Shown in pieces: positions 38,432 through 49,656 of a stretch of 64,000 bases of DNA. How positions within the stretch are numbered: position 1 is the first letter of the stretch; each line of letters opens with the position of its first letter. Made by a program: the position numbers and the translations under genes. The notes beneath the pieces are model-generated. The model did no database searches. It was not told the DNA's origin and saw only the letters and a program-made list of their open reading frames with translations. This DNA is from an uncultured Gemmatimonadales bacterium (GTDB taxonomy: Bacteria > Gemmatimonadota > Gemmatimonadetes > Gemmatimonadales > GWC2-71-9), in assembly GCA_963842945.1 (NCBI GenBank), contig CAWJIM010000002.1, forward strand, positions 96,001 through 160,000, read 5' to 3'.

Positions 38432-41125
38432 ATGACCGAGCCGCTCGCCCCACAATACAATCCATCTTCCATCGAGTCCGGGCTCTACCGCTGGTGGTCT
38501 GAGCGCGGACTCTTCTCACCCGAGCGGCATGCACCGGGGTCGGGCGAGCCCTACGTGATCATGATGCCGCCACCCAACGTGACCGCGGTGCTGCACATGG
38601 GTCACGGCCTCAACAACACGGTGCAGGATGTGCTCATCCGGTTCGAGCGCATGCGCGGCCGGCGGGCCCTGTGGCTGCCGGGAACCGACCACGCCGGCAT
38701 CGCCACCCAGAACGTGGTCGAGCGTCTGCTCGCCGAGCAGGGCCTTACTCGGTTCGACCTGGGCCGGGATGCGTTCGTGGAGCGGGTCTGGGAGCACGTG
38801 CGGGTTACCGGCGCCGCAATTCTCGATCAGCTCAAGGCCATCGGCTGCTCTGCCGACTGGTCCCGGACCTACTTCACCCTGGACGAGGGGCTCTCCCGCG
38901 CGGTGCGGGAGGTGTTCGTTCGGCTTTACGAGCAGGGGCTGGTCTATCGCGGCCATTACATCATCAACTGGTGTCCCCGCTGCCTCACCGCTCTCTCGAA
39001 TGAAGAGGCGGAAAAGGAGGAAGTGGACGGCCAGCTCTGGCATCTTCGCTACCCTCTCGCCGACGGCAGCGGCCACCTTACCGTCGCCACCACCCGTCCC
39101 GAGACGATGCTGGGCGACACCGCCGTCGCGGTTCACCCGGAGGACGAACGGTACCGGAACCTCATCGGCCGAGACGTTCGCCTGCCGCTGGTGGACCGCC
39201 TCATCCCCGTCATTGCCGATGACGCGGTGGACCCCGAGTTTCGGCTCCGGTGCCGTGAAGGTCACCCCGGCACACGATCCGGCTCGACTTCGAGATCGGG
39301 CGCCGGCACCAGCTCCCCAGCATCGACATCATGACCCCGGAGGCCCGAATCAGCCTGGCGGCGCCGCCGCGCTTTCAGGGGCTGGACCGGTACGAGGCCC
39401 GCCGCCGGGTGGTGGCGGAGTTCGAGGCAGCCGGGCTGCTGGAGCGGGTCGAACAGCACCGCCATGCGGTGGGACATTGCTACCGTTGCGATACCGTGAT
39501 CGAGCCCCGGCTCTCCGATCAGTGGTTCGTGCGGATGGAGCCATCTGGCTCGGCCGGCGCTCGCGGCATACCGCGACGGAACCCTCCGCTTCGTGCCCGA
39601 GCGCCGGGGCGATGACTACGCCGCCTGGCTGGAAGGCATTCGCGACTGGTGCATCTCCCGCCAGCTCTGGTGGGGACATCGAATACCGGTCTGGTACTGC
39701 GAGGCGCCCGGCTGTGGCAAGACCAGCGTCAGCCGTAGCGATCTTGAGGTGTGTCCCTCGTGCGGCGGCCCGGCCCGGCAGGATGAGGACGTACTGGACA
39801 CCTGGTTCTCCTCCTGGCTGGTGCCCTTCTCCAGCCTGGGCTGGCCCGACCGCACTGCAGACCTGGAGACGTTCTATCCCGGGCACACGATGGTATCGGC
39901 CCCGGAGATTCTCTTCTTCTGGGTGGCCCGGATGATCATGTCCGGGTTGCACTTCATGGGAGAGGTGCCGTACACCGACATCTACCTGCATGGCACCGTG
40001 CGGGACACGCAGCACCGCAAGATGTCCAAGTCGCTGGGCAACGGCATCGATCCACTGGAGGTGGTTGAGCGCTACGGCGCGGACGCGCTTCGCTATTCGC
40101 TGATCTCCGGCATGTCGGTCGGCACCGATGTGATTCTCGATCCCAACGATCTGGAGGCATCGTTTGCCGCCGGCCGCAACTTTGCCAACAAGCTGTGGAA
40201 TGCGGGCCGCTTCATTCTGTCCAATCTCGACGGCACTCCCCGCCCGCTCGCTGGAGCCGGACGCCAACGCGGTGAGACCCGACGAGCTCACCCTGGCGGA
40301 CCGCTGGATCATCGCCCGCTGCGATGCCACCGTTCGGGAGGCGACCGACGCCTACCAGCGCTTCCGGCTGAACGACGCCGCCGGAGCGATCTATCACTTC
40401 ATCTGGAGCGACCTGGCCGACTGGTACATCGAGCAGGTGAAGCCGCGCCTGTATGGCGATGTTCCCGGCGGCGATGTTGCTCGAGCGGTGCTGTCCCAGA
40501 CCTTCGACGTGGCCCTCCGGCTGCTGCACCCGGTGATGCCGTTCATCACCGAGGCGCTGTGGCGCCGCTTCCCCGGCCGGACCGAAGACGCCTCCATCTC
40601 CATCGCTCCGTGGCCTCGGCCCGATTCCCGGGCCCAGGGACCGGACGCACTCGCTCGATTTCGGGCTGGTGCAGGAGCTGGTGAGCGGCATCCGCGTCAT
40701 CCGGGCCGAATATGGAGTGCAGCCGGGGCAGGCGGTAAGCGCGGTGGTCACTGGAGAAAACCAGGCGAACCTGGCCGCGCTGCGGGAGGAGCGGGCAACC
40801 ATCGTTCGGCTGGCCAAGCTTTCCGATCTTTCCTTCGAGGAGCCAACCGAGCGCGTCGGCGGCCACGCCGTGCTCTCCGACGGCACGCGCAGTGTTCGTG
40901 CCGCTGGGCGAGGCCATCGACGTCGGCCGGGAGTGCAGCCGGCTGAGCTCGGAGGTGGACCGCCTGATCCGGCTGGTGGAATCGCAGGAGAAGAAGCTGG
41001 GCAACGAGCAGTTCGTCTCCCGCGCACCGACGGAGGTGGTGGAGCGGGAGCGGCAGAAGCTCACCACCTGGAAGGAACAGCGCGAGGTGCTGCTGAAGAA
41101 GCGGGAGCTGCTGGGGTGTGGGTGA
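38432..41125 (+). CDS. valS: Valyl-tRNA synthetase (indels)
   Basis: [49 protein letters not shown]-terminal coiled coil. Confidence 0.96.
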
Positions 41126-41176
41126 GGCGGGGCAGCGAGGCGGCGGGGCAGCGGGAAAGTCGCTTGACCTGGAGTA

Positions 41177-42500
41177 GTGCATCGCGTCGGCCAACGTCCT
41201 GCTACCCCGCTGCCCCGCTGCCCGGCTGTTAGCCGCCCTGCTGCCCATCTGCCCCGCTGCCCTGCTCTCCTGCGCCCGCATTGAGCCACCTCCCGGGGGA
41301 CCGCCGGACCGGGCTCCGCCCCGCCTGATCGCTACCAAGCCCGACTCGTTTGCCGTCCTTCGCGCATTCAAGGGGAATGCCGAGTTCGAGTTCGATGAGG
41401 TGATCTCCGAGGGCGGAGCGCCCAATCGCGGCGAGGGAACCGGTGGCCTGGAGAAACTGATCGTCCTGTCGCCCACCACCGAGTTTCCCGACGTGAGCTG
41501 GAAGCGCGATCGGATCACGGTGAAACCCAAGGGAGGCTGGCGTCCCAACCGGGTCTACCGGGTGCAGCTCCTTCCCGGTGTGACCGACCTCAGAAACAAC
41601 CGGAGCAACGAGGGAGCGGTGCTGACCTTCACCACCGGGGCGCCCCGGCCCCAGAACACGCTCAAGGGCACCGTCGTAGACTGGACCACCAGCCGCCCGG
41701 CCGCCAATGCCCTGATCGTCGCGACGCTGCTTCCCCGATAGCTTGGTCTATCGTGGAGTGGCCGACTCCAGCGGGCGCTTCTCCGTCGGGCCCGCTTCCG
41801 GCCGGGGATTACCTCGTTACCGGCGTGCTGGATCAGAATCAGAATCTGCGGCAGGATGGCCGGGAGGCCTACGGCAGCGGCCGCCTGGCCCGCGGAAAGT
41901 CCGATGTGGGACAGTTGTGGGCCTTCGTTCACGACACCAATCCGCCCCGCATTCAGACCGTCACGGCGGACGACAGCGTATCCGCAACCGTTGCCTTTAC
42001 CCAGATGCTCGACCCTCGTCAGCGGCTCACTCCCAAGGACGCGCGGCTCCGTCTCCTGCCGGACTCAACCCCGGTGACTATTACGTCGCTCCTGCCCAAG
42101 CCGGTGGACGACAGCCTGCACGGACGGGCGGCCGCGCCGGACACCACGGCCGCTGACACCCTTGAGACCCGCGACTCGCTGGCTCCGGGGAAAAAGCCGG
42201 CGCGCGGCCCGACACCGCGCCCTGAGCGGAACGAGGTCCTGACCGGCCGGCCGCCGCTGTTCGATCGTCTGACGCTGAGGGTTCCTCGCCCCTGGGCACC
42301 GGGCTCGCGGCTGGTGCTCGAAATCCGGGGGATTCGCAACGTCACTGGGGTAGCGAGGTACGGCCGTGGGTGTGGTCGCCGTCCCGGAGCGGCCCAAGGC
42401 CACTCCTCAGGACACGACCAAGAAGCGCGCGGTGCGCGACTCGACCCAGAAGCCGCCAGCTCGCCCCCCAGCTCAGCCAGCCCCAGCTCGGCCGAAATAG
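41177..42500 (+). CDS. Ig-like (Big_5) domain lipoprotein (indels; start approximate)
   Basis: LLSCARIEPPPGGPPDRAPP, FEFDEVISE, GVTDLRNN, FTTG. Confidence 0.72.
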
Positions 42501-42502
42501 TC

Positions 42503-43857
42503 ATGGACCAGCGGAGAGAGCTTCCCTCGGTGGACCGGCTGCTCCATCAGCCCGGCATTCAGCAGCTGATGGAGACGGCGCCACGGAGCGCCGTCGTGGC
42601 CGCAGTGCGCGAATCGCTCGATGCGGCCCGTACCCGGCGCGCCGGGCCTCCCGAGCGCTGGGAGGAGGACGTGCGTGAGCGGCTGGCGAAAAACATCGGG
42701 GCAGGGCTGGTGCCGGTGCTCAATGCAACCGGCGTGGTCCTGCACACCAATCTGGGGCGGGCGCCGCTGGCTGAATCCGCCATGGAAGCGATGACCTCGG
42801 TGGCACAGGGTTACAGCAATCTGGAGCTCGACCTGCCCTCGGGTGCTCGAGGCAGCCGGAGCGACCACTGTCGAGGGCTCCTGCGTGCCACCACCGGCGC
42901 CGACGATGCGCTCGTGGTCAACAACGCGGCCGGAGCATTGGTGCTGGCGCTTAATGCCGTGGCCGAGGGCCGGGACGTGGTGATCTCTCGAGGGGAGCTG
43001 ATCGAGATCGGCGGCTCGTTCCGGATACCGGACATCATGGCGAAAAGTGGCGCCCGGCTCCGGGAGATCGGGACCACCAATCGCACCCACTTGCAGGATT
43101 ATCGTGATGCCCTGGACGGCGCCGCGGCGATTCTCACGGTCCACCGCTCCAACTTCGAGCAGCGCGGTTTCGTGACCTCTCCGCGAGCCCGCTGAGCTGG
43201 TCGAGCTGGCCGATGAGGCCGGCATTCCCTACCTCTACGACGTGGGCAGCGGGCTCCTGGCAGACCTCTCACCCTGGGGACTCGCAGAGCGAGCCCCGCG
43301 TGCCGGACGCGGTAGCGAGCGGCGCCGGACTGGTCGTGTTCAGTGGCGACAAGCTGCTGGGCGGTCCTCAGGCCGGCTGTTTGGTCGGCCGGCAGCACCT
43401 CATCGCGCAGTGCCGCCGCAATCCCCTGGCCCGGGCGCTTCGGTCGGACAAGCTGACCCTTGCAGCGCTCGCGGCTACGCTCGCGTTGTATCAGGATCCC
43501 GAAAACGCTATGCGCGCAATTCCGGTGCTCGCCATGCTGACGCTTTCGCCGGAGGAGCTGGCCCGCCGCGCTTCCCAGCTCGCCTCACTCTGTCCCGCAG
43601 CTGTGCGAGCCTCGACCCTTCCCGGTGAGTCCGCCGTGGGCGGCGGCTCGTTTGCCGGAGCCATCCTGCCCACAACCGTGGTAGCGATCGATGCCGGCCC
43701 CCTCGGCGCCGACGGCCTCGCTCTTCGGCTTCGGCTGGGCAGTCCAGCCGTGGTCGCCCGGGTGATGGCAGACCGGGTGCTGTTCGATCCCCGGACGCTG
43801 CCGGAGTCGAGCTTTCCTGCCGTGGCCCGGGCCATCGAGGCCGCTCTCCTCTCGTGA
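42503..43857 (+). CDS. selA: L-seryl-tRNA(Sec) selenium transferase
   Basis: VLNATGVVLHTNLGRA, VNNAAGA, SRGELIEIGGSFRIPDI, GTTNRTH, FSGDKLLGGPQAG. Confidence 0.93.
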
Positions 43858-44396
43858 ATCGCGCCGTCTTTCTGGACCGCGACGGAACCATCATCGGAGA
43901 CGTGGGATACCTGCGCGATCCCGAGCAGGTCCGGCTGCTGCCCGGAGCTGCCGCCGCCATCGAGCGGCTGAACCGGAGCGGGTGGCTGGTTCTGGTAATC
44001 ACCAACCAGTCCGGCATTGCCCGGGGGCTACTCACCGAAGACGACTACCGCCGCACCGAGTATCGCCTGGACGAGCTCTTGGATGAGGCAGGCGCGCATC
44101 TCGATGGTCACTACTGGTGCCCCCACCTGCCCGATGTGAGCGGGCCGTGCCGGTGTCGCAAGCCGGGAACGCTGCTGTATGAACAAGCGGCCGAGCGGTT
44201 CGACATCGACATGAAGAGGAGCTGGTGGGTGGGCGACCGGGCCCGCGACGTGCTTCCCGCAGCGGCGTTCGAGGGCCGCGGCGTGTTGCTGCTGGGAGAC
44301 CTGGCCGATCCCGAGCCGGCTGCCACAGGACATCGGGTTCTCCAGGCTCGCGATCTTGCCGGCGCAGTCGAGCTCATTCTCCGCTCCGACTCCTAG
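43854..44396 (+). CDS. gmhB: HAD-IIIA phosphatase (GmhB/HisB-like)
   Basis: FLDRDGTI, ITNQSGIARG, CPH, CRCRKP, VGD. Confidence 0.85.
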   Translation: MNRAVFLDRDGTIIGDVGYLRDPEQVRLLPGAAAAIERLNRSGWLVLVITNQSGIARGLLTEDDYRRTEYRLDELLDEAGAHLDGHYWCPHLPDVSGPCRCRKPGTLLYEQAAERFDIDMKRSWWVGDRARDVLPAAAFEGRGVLLLGDLADPEPAATGHRVLQARDLAGAVELILRSDS

Positions 44397-44430
44397 CTCC
44401 TGACGCTTACGTCCCTTAGCTTCCCGGCCC

Positions 44431-45012
44431 ATGACCATGCGGATTGCCGTGGCCATATCGGGCCGCGGCAGCAACCTCGATGCGCTGCTGCACGCCCTCG
44501 GGCCCGGCGCACCGGCGGAGATCGCTCTGGTGCTGAGCGACCGCTCGGCTCCGGGACTCGAATTAGCGAGAGCGCGGCAGATTCCGGCGGTCGTGTTGAC
44601 TGACTCGGGCGACGGAGAGGCGTGGCTCGCGCTGCTCGGCCGGCACCAGATAGAGTTGCTGGTGCTCGCGGGCTACCTCAGGTTGGTCCCCTTTGTCGGT
44701 GATCGCCGCGTATCGGGAACGCATCATCAATATCCACCCTGCGCTGCTGCCGGACTTCGGAGGAAAGGGCATGTACGGCCGCAGGGTGCATCAGGCGGTG
44801 CTCGACAGCGGAGCGCGAGAGACCGGCGCCACCGTCCACCTGGTCGACGAGGAGTACGACCGGGGAGCGGTGCTGGCGCAGGCGCGAGTGCCGGTCCTCC
44901 CGGGGGACACGCCGGACCTGCTGGCACAGCGCGTCCTCGAGGTTGAGCATCGCCTGCTTCCCGCGGTGGTGCTCGCGGCGGCCCGGGCGGGACGGGTGGT
45001 GGGTTTGAATGA
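44431..45012 (+). CDS. purN: Phosphoribosylglycinamide formyltransferase (runs in frame into purH)
   Basis: ISGRGSNL, LAGYL, INIHPALLP.FGG.GMYG, GATVHLV.EEYD.G. Confidence 0.92.
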
Positions 45013-45106
45013 GTCACGAGTCGCGAGTCGAGTCCGAGGGAGACCGCCTGGTCAGGCGTCTGATGCCCTAAACTCGCGACTCGTGACTCGCGACTCGCGA
45101 CTGACT
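45011..45106. repeat. Inverted GAGTC(A/G)C / G(C/T)GACTC heptamer hairpin
   Basis: gagtcacgagtcgcgagt (45011-45028) is the reverse complement of actcgcgactcgtgactc (45072-45089). Confidence 0.85.
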
Positions 45107-45109
45107 AAC

Positions 45110-46639
45110 ATGCCCCGCGCCCTCATCTCCGTCAGCGACAAACGCGGCGTCGTGGCCTTCGCCCGGGGTCTTACCGATCTGGGCTGGGAGATTATCTCGA
45201 CCGGCGGAACCGCCGCCGCACTTCGCTCGGGCGACGTACCCGTCATCGAGGTGGAGAAGTTGACCGGGTTTCCCGAGCTGCTGGACGGCCGGGTCAAGAC
45301 CCTGCACCCCATGATCCATGGCGCCCTCCTCGCTCGACGCGATCTGCCCGAACACGTGGCGGCGCTCGAGCGGCACAAGATCATCCCGATCGACCTGGTG
45401 GCGGTGAATCTCTATCCCTTCCAGCTCACCATCTCCAATCAGAACGCCACGCTGGAAGACGCCCTGGAGAATATCGACGTCGGGGGACCTTCCATGCTCC
45501 GCTCTGCTGCCAAGAATCACGAGTCGGTGCTGCCGGTCGTGGACCCCACCGATTACCCGCTGGTGCTGGAGATGCTCCGGAAGGGAGAGGTCGACCGGGG
45601 CACCCGGCGAGAGTTTGCCGCCAAGGTGTTTGCCCACACGTCGGACTACGACTCCGCCATTGCGGCCTATCTCACGCCACCGGACGACGGTCTGCCCAGC
45701 CGGCTGGGAATAGCGATGGAGCGGATGCAGGCGTTGCGCTACGGGGAAAATCCCACTCAGCGGGCGGCGCTCTACGTGACCGAAGAGCCGAGGGGAATGC
45801 GGGACCTGGCCCAGCGCCAGGGCAAGGAGCTGTCCTTCAACAATCTGCTCGACATCGAAGCCGCCATGGCGGCCGTAGCGTGTTGGAGCACTCGGCCCGC
45901 GTGTGCGGTGATCAAGCATACGACTCCCTGCGGCATCGCGGTCGCCGGCTCCGCGCTCGAGGCCTTCAAGAATGCCCGGGCGACCGATCCGGTCTCGGCC
46001 TTCGGCTCGGTGATCGGCTTCAACACCATAGTGGACCACGCCACCGCGGTGGCGATGAGCGACCTCTTCGTCGAGGTGGTGGTCGCACCCTCCTTTCACG
46101 CCGAGGCGCTCGAGGTTTTCGCCGGCAAGAAGCAGCTCCGGGTTGTGGAGCTGCCGGTGAGCGGGGGCGCGGGCACGCTGGATTTCAAGCGGGTGCGCGG
46201 TGGGTTTCTGGTGCAGGATCGGTTTTACTTCGATCCGTCGGAGGAAGGTTGGAACGTTGCGTCGCAGCGCCAGCCCAGCGAATCAGAGTGGAACGACCTG
46301 CGCTTCAGCTGGGCCGCGGTGGCGTCGGTCAAGTCCAACGCCATTCTGCTGGCCCGCGGCGAGATGGCCATCGGCATCGGGGCCGGCCAGATGAGCCGGG
46401 TGGACAGCGTGTTCCTCGCCCTGCACAAGGCTCGCCAACAGGGACACGACCCCGCCGGCAGCGTGCTTGCGTCAGATGCATTTTTCCCCTTTGCCGACAG
46501 CATCGAGCTTGCCGCCGAGGCCGGAGTCACGGCAATCATCCAGCCGGGCGGATCGATCCGGGACAATGAGGTCGTGAGTGCAGCCGACCGGAGCGGGATA
46601 GCCATGGTGATGACGGGGCGGCGGCAGTTCAGACATTGA
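45110..46639 (+). CDS. purH: Bifunctional AICAR transformylase / IMP cyclohydrolase
   Basis: RALISVSDK, GRVKTLHP, IDVGGP, LRYGENP, GAGQMSRVD, ASDAFFPF, IQPGGS.RD. Confidence 0.97.
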   Translation: MPRALISVSDKRGVVAFARGLTDLGWEIISTGGTAAALRSGDVPVIEVEKLTGFPELLDGRVKTLHPMIHGALLARRDLPEHVAALERHKIIPIDLVAVNLYPFQLTISNQNATLEDALENIDVGGPSMLRSAAKNHESVLPVVDPTDYPLVLEMLRKGEVDRGTRREFAAKVFAHTSDYDSAIAAYLTPPDDGLPSRLGIAMERMQALRYGENPTQRAALYVTEEPRGMRDLAQRQGKELSFNNLLDIEAAMAAVACWSTRPACAVIKHTTPCGIAVAGSALEAFKNARATDPVSAFGSVIGFNTIVDHATAVAMSDLFVEVVVAPSFHAEALEVFAGKKQLRVVELPVSGGAGTLDFKRVRGGFLVQDRFYFDPSEEGWNVASQRQPSESEWNDLRFSWAAVASVKSNAILLARGEMAIGIGAGQMSRVDSVFLALHKARQQGHDPAGSVLASDAFFPFADSIELAAEAGVTAIIQPGGSIRDNEVVSAADRSGIAMVMTGRRQFRH

Positions 46640-46696
46640 AGAGCCCGGCCCTCATGGGCCGGGGTGGTGAAATGGTGAAAGACGAAAGGTGAAACA

Positions 46697-49057
46697 GTGA
46701 CAGTGACAAGCGCGAGGTCAGCGGTGAGAGGTGAGCAAGCCGGGTACGCGAGTGTGGACCAGGAGAGGCCGCCGTACGTCTGGGCTGCACTCACGGCGCT
46801 CGTCGTGCTTGCCATCTATCTGGCGACGCTGGCGCCCACGACCGCCTTCTGGGACACCTCGGAGTACATCGCCGCCGCCAAGGTGCTCGGCATCCCTCAC
46901 CCACCGGGCAATCCGCTTTTCGTCATCCTGGCGCACACCTTCGGCCTGCTGCCGCTGGCCGCGTCATACGCGGTGCGGATCAACCTGTTCGCGGCCGTAA
47001 CCAGCGCGGCCTCGGCCGGACTCTGGTTCCTGGTGGCGGAGCGGTGGCTCAGGGGGATCGTGGCGCCGCGCTGGGCGCGCTATGCCGCCGCCTTCGGCGG
47101 GGTCTTGGTGGGCGCGACATCCTGGACGGTATGGAATCAGTCCACCGTGAACGAGAAGGTGTACACGGTGTCGCTGCTCTCGATAGCGCTGGTAATGTGG
47201 CTGGTGGTGCGCTGGGGAGACGACGAGCCTGGAACCCATCGGGATCGGTGGCTGGTGCTCATCGCCTATGTGCTGGCGCTGACCTCCACCAACCACCTCA
47301 TGGGAGTACTGGCCCTGCCGGCCCTGGTCGTGTACGTGCTCTGGACCGATTGGCGCACGGTGCTCCGGCCCTGGGCCATCGTGACCTTCTATGCCCTGCT
47401 CCTGGCGTTGACCGGAGAGTGGATCGCCATGCTGCACGGAGGCGCGGCCGGCGGTCTCCTGATTCTCCTCACCCTCGGGGTGCTGGGGTACGCGGTGTGG
47501 AAGACGCCGCGTGATCCGCTGGTCTATCTCGGCCTGCTGGCGGTAATCGTCGGCATTTCGCTGAACTACTTCTGGCTCCCGCTTCGGGCCGCCCAATACC
47601 CGGCTATCAATGAAGGCGAGCCGGTCGGGTTTCTGAGCCAGTCGCTGCAGGACGTGCTGAACCGGGTGCAGTACGGCAAGCCGCCGCTGTCCCAGCGACA
47701 GGCCACCTTCGGGTCTCAGCTGGCCAATTTCTGGCAGTACTTCTCCTGGCAGTTCGCCCGCGACTGGGGGCAACTCGGCAGAGCAGCCACCGGGGTGTTC
47801 ACCGTGTTGGGTCTCACCGGCATGTGGGAGCTATGGAAGCGCGATCGCCGCGCTGGCATTGCCTGTGTCGCCCTCCTGGCGACGCTCTCGCTCGGGCTGG
47901 TCTACTACATGAACTTCAAGTACGGGTTCTCCCAGTATCCCGGAGAGCCTTCCCTGCCCCGCGAGGTGCGCGAGCGCGACTACTTCTTCGTGGGCTCGTT
48001 TGCCGTGTATGGCGCGTTCGTGGCGCTCGGGCTCGGTGCGGTGATGCGCCGCGTCGTCGAGTTTCTCCGGGACCGCGGCACACCCGCCAGCCGATGGGCA
48101 ATGGCGTCTCCGGTTCTGGCTCTCGCCCTGATTCCCCTGCTGGGGAACCGGGTCACCGCCAGCCGGGCGCACGAGACCATCCCGCGAGACTTCGCCTACG
48201 ACATTCTGCAGTCGGTCGAGCCCTACGGGATTCTCATCACCGCCGGAGACAACGACACATTTCCGCTCTGGTACGCCCAGGAGGTCGAAGGTATCCGGCG
48301 GGACGTCACCCTGGCCAACCTGTCGCTGATGAACACGCGGTGGCACCTCCGCCAGCTTCGGCGCAGAGAGACGCCTGCCTTCGATCCGTCCAGGGCGGCG
48401 TCGCTATGGAAGCCCACCGAAGAGCCCGGAGTTCCCCTCACCGATACGGCCGGGGCCGCGAACAAGCCCGCCAGCAAGTGGCCCCGCCCGACCGAGCCGG
48501 TGTTCAGTCTGAGCGAGGTTCAGCTGGACAGTCTGCCGGAGGCGATGCAGGTGCCCGCCAAGGGAGGCATAGCCTTCGACAGCCTGCGGCTCGATTTCGG
48601 CCAGGACGTTCTCATGCTCCAGGATCTGGCTTCGATCTTTCTGATTCGTGACAACCTGGGCAAGCGTCCGGTGTTCTTCAGCTGGAGCGACGGCGGATAC
48701 CCCGATCAGACTCTGGGTCTGAGCCCCTACCTGGTGTCGCAGGGCTTCGTCAGGAAGCTGATGCCCAAGCCGGTGGTGCCCAATGACTCGATCGTGCTGA
48801 ATCCCAGCCTGGGGTACCTCGACGTGCCGCGCACCGAGAAGCTGCTGTGGGACGTGTATCACTGGAGGTCCGCCGCGCGTCCGCGGCCGCGCGGCTGGGT
48901 GGATCAGCCCTCGGGCTCGATTCTACAGCTGTATGCGGTGGTATACGGCGGTGCGGCGAAGTCGCTGGCGGCTGCGGGACAAAAAGCGGAAGGTGCGCGG
49001 GCCGACTCAGTGGCGAATGCGGTGAGCCGGAGTCTGGGCCGGGAAAATCCGTTCTAG
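46697..49057 (+). CDS. DUF2723 / TMEM260-like (GT117) membrane glycosyltransferase
   Basis: TLAPTTAFWDTSEY...[37 protein letters not shown]; multi-TM, intact. Confidence 0.9.
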   Translation: MTVTSARSAVRGEQAGYASVDQERPPYVWAALTALVVLAIYLATLAPTTAFWDTSEYIAAAKVLGIPHPPGNPLFVILAHTFGLLPLAASYAVRINLFAAVTSAASAGLWFLVAERWLRGIVAPRWARYAAAFGGVLVGATSWTVWNQSTVNEKVYTVSLLSIALVMWLVVRWGDDEPGTHRDRWLVLIAYVLALTSTNHLMGVLALPALVVYVLWTDWRTVLRPWAIVTFYALLLALTGEWIAMLHGGAAGGLLILLTLGVLGYAVWKTPRDPLVYLGLLAVIVGISLNYFWLPLRAAQYPAINEGEPVGFLSQSLQDVLNRVQYGKPPLSQRQATFGSQLANFWQYFSWQFARDWGQLGRAATGVFTVLGLTGMWELWKRDRRAGIACVALLATLSLGLVYYMNFKYGFSQYPGEPSLPREVRERDYFFVGSFAVYGAFVALGLGAVMRRVVEFLRDRGTPASRWAMASPVLALALIPLLGNRVTASRAHETIPRDFAYDILQSVEPYGILITAGDNDTFPLWYAQEVEGIRRDVTLANLSLMNTRWHLRQLRRRETPAFDPSRAASLWKPTEEPGVPLTDTAGAANKPASKWPRPTEPVFSLSEVQLDSLPEAMQVPAKGGIAFDSLRLDFGQDVLMLQDLASIFLIRDNLGKRPVFFSWSDGGYPDQTLGLSPYLVSQGFVRKLMPKPVVPNDSIVLNPSLGYLDVPRTEKLLWDVYHWRSAARPRPRGWVDQPSGSILQLYAVVYGGAAKSLAAAGQKAEGARADSVANAVSRSLGRENPF

Positions 49058-49509
49058 TCGATGTGGTGGGGCCTCGCTGCGGCGGCGGCGCGGCCGACGT
49101 CGAGCTGGGATCCTCCCCCATTCCAGGTTTCCCAGGTCAGGGGACAACCCTGGCCAAACGGAGGCGCCGGGTGACCCGGGCGGCCAATCAGATCGTGTAA
49201 CATCTCGTGGCGGACCACCATCTCATCCATCGACCATTCGCTGGCCAGGAAGATATGGTGATCGCTTCTCCAGTGGCCGGCGCACTGGCCGCTGGAGCAG
49301 GAGAAGCTGGCTCCCTCGATGGTGGACCAGCGCACCCGGTCGAAATCTCCACTCAGACCGGAACACGCCTGGGTCTTGGCCCACCACTCGCGATAGACCG
49401 GGGGCGGATCGAGCGGGGTGTCCCCCACCGGATCGAAGCCGCACCCGGTCAATCCCCCCACCAGGAGCGTCGCCCAACTCAGCCGCGCCAGCGTCGATCG
49501 TCCTAGCAT
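49054..49509 (-). CDS. Small lipoprotein with HExxH motif
   Basis: LTGC lipobox; VRHEMLHDL..H; four additional Cys. Confidence 0.7.
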   Translation of the reverse strand: MLGRSTLARLSWATLLVGGLTGCGFDPVGDTPLDPPPVYREWWAKTQACSGLSGDFDRVRWSTIEGASFSCSSGQCAGHWRSDHHIFLASEWSMDEMVVRHEMLHDLIGRPGHPAPPFGQGCPLTWETWNGGGSQLDVGRAAAAARPHHID

Positions 49510-49656
49510 CCGCTCTCCGACAAACCAGTGACCGGCGGACGCACCCGTGCGTCCCCCGAGGTAGCTCTGGTATCGGCAGGATGGGCTGGGAACTAAAGGT
49601 TGGAGACCGGCGGCGAGAAGAGCTGGAGCCGGCCCCTTGGAGCCGGCTCCCGGTGG

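Noticed and set aside
49625..49650. Intrinsic terminator after the 49657-50682 gene
   Set aside because: A 9-bp stem is present but there is no U-tract, so it was not called.
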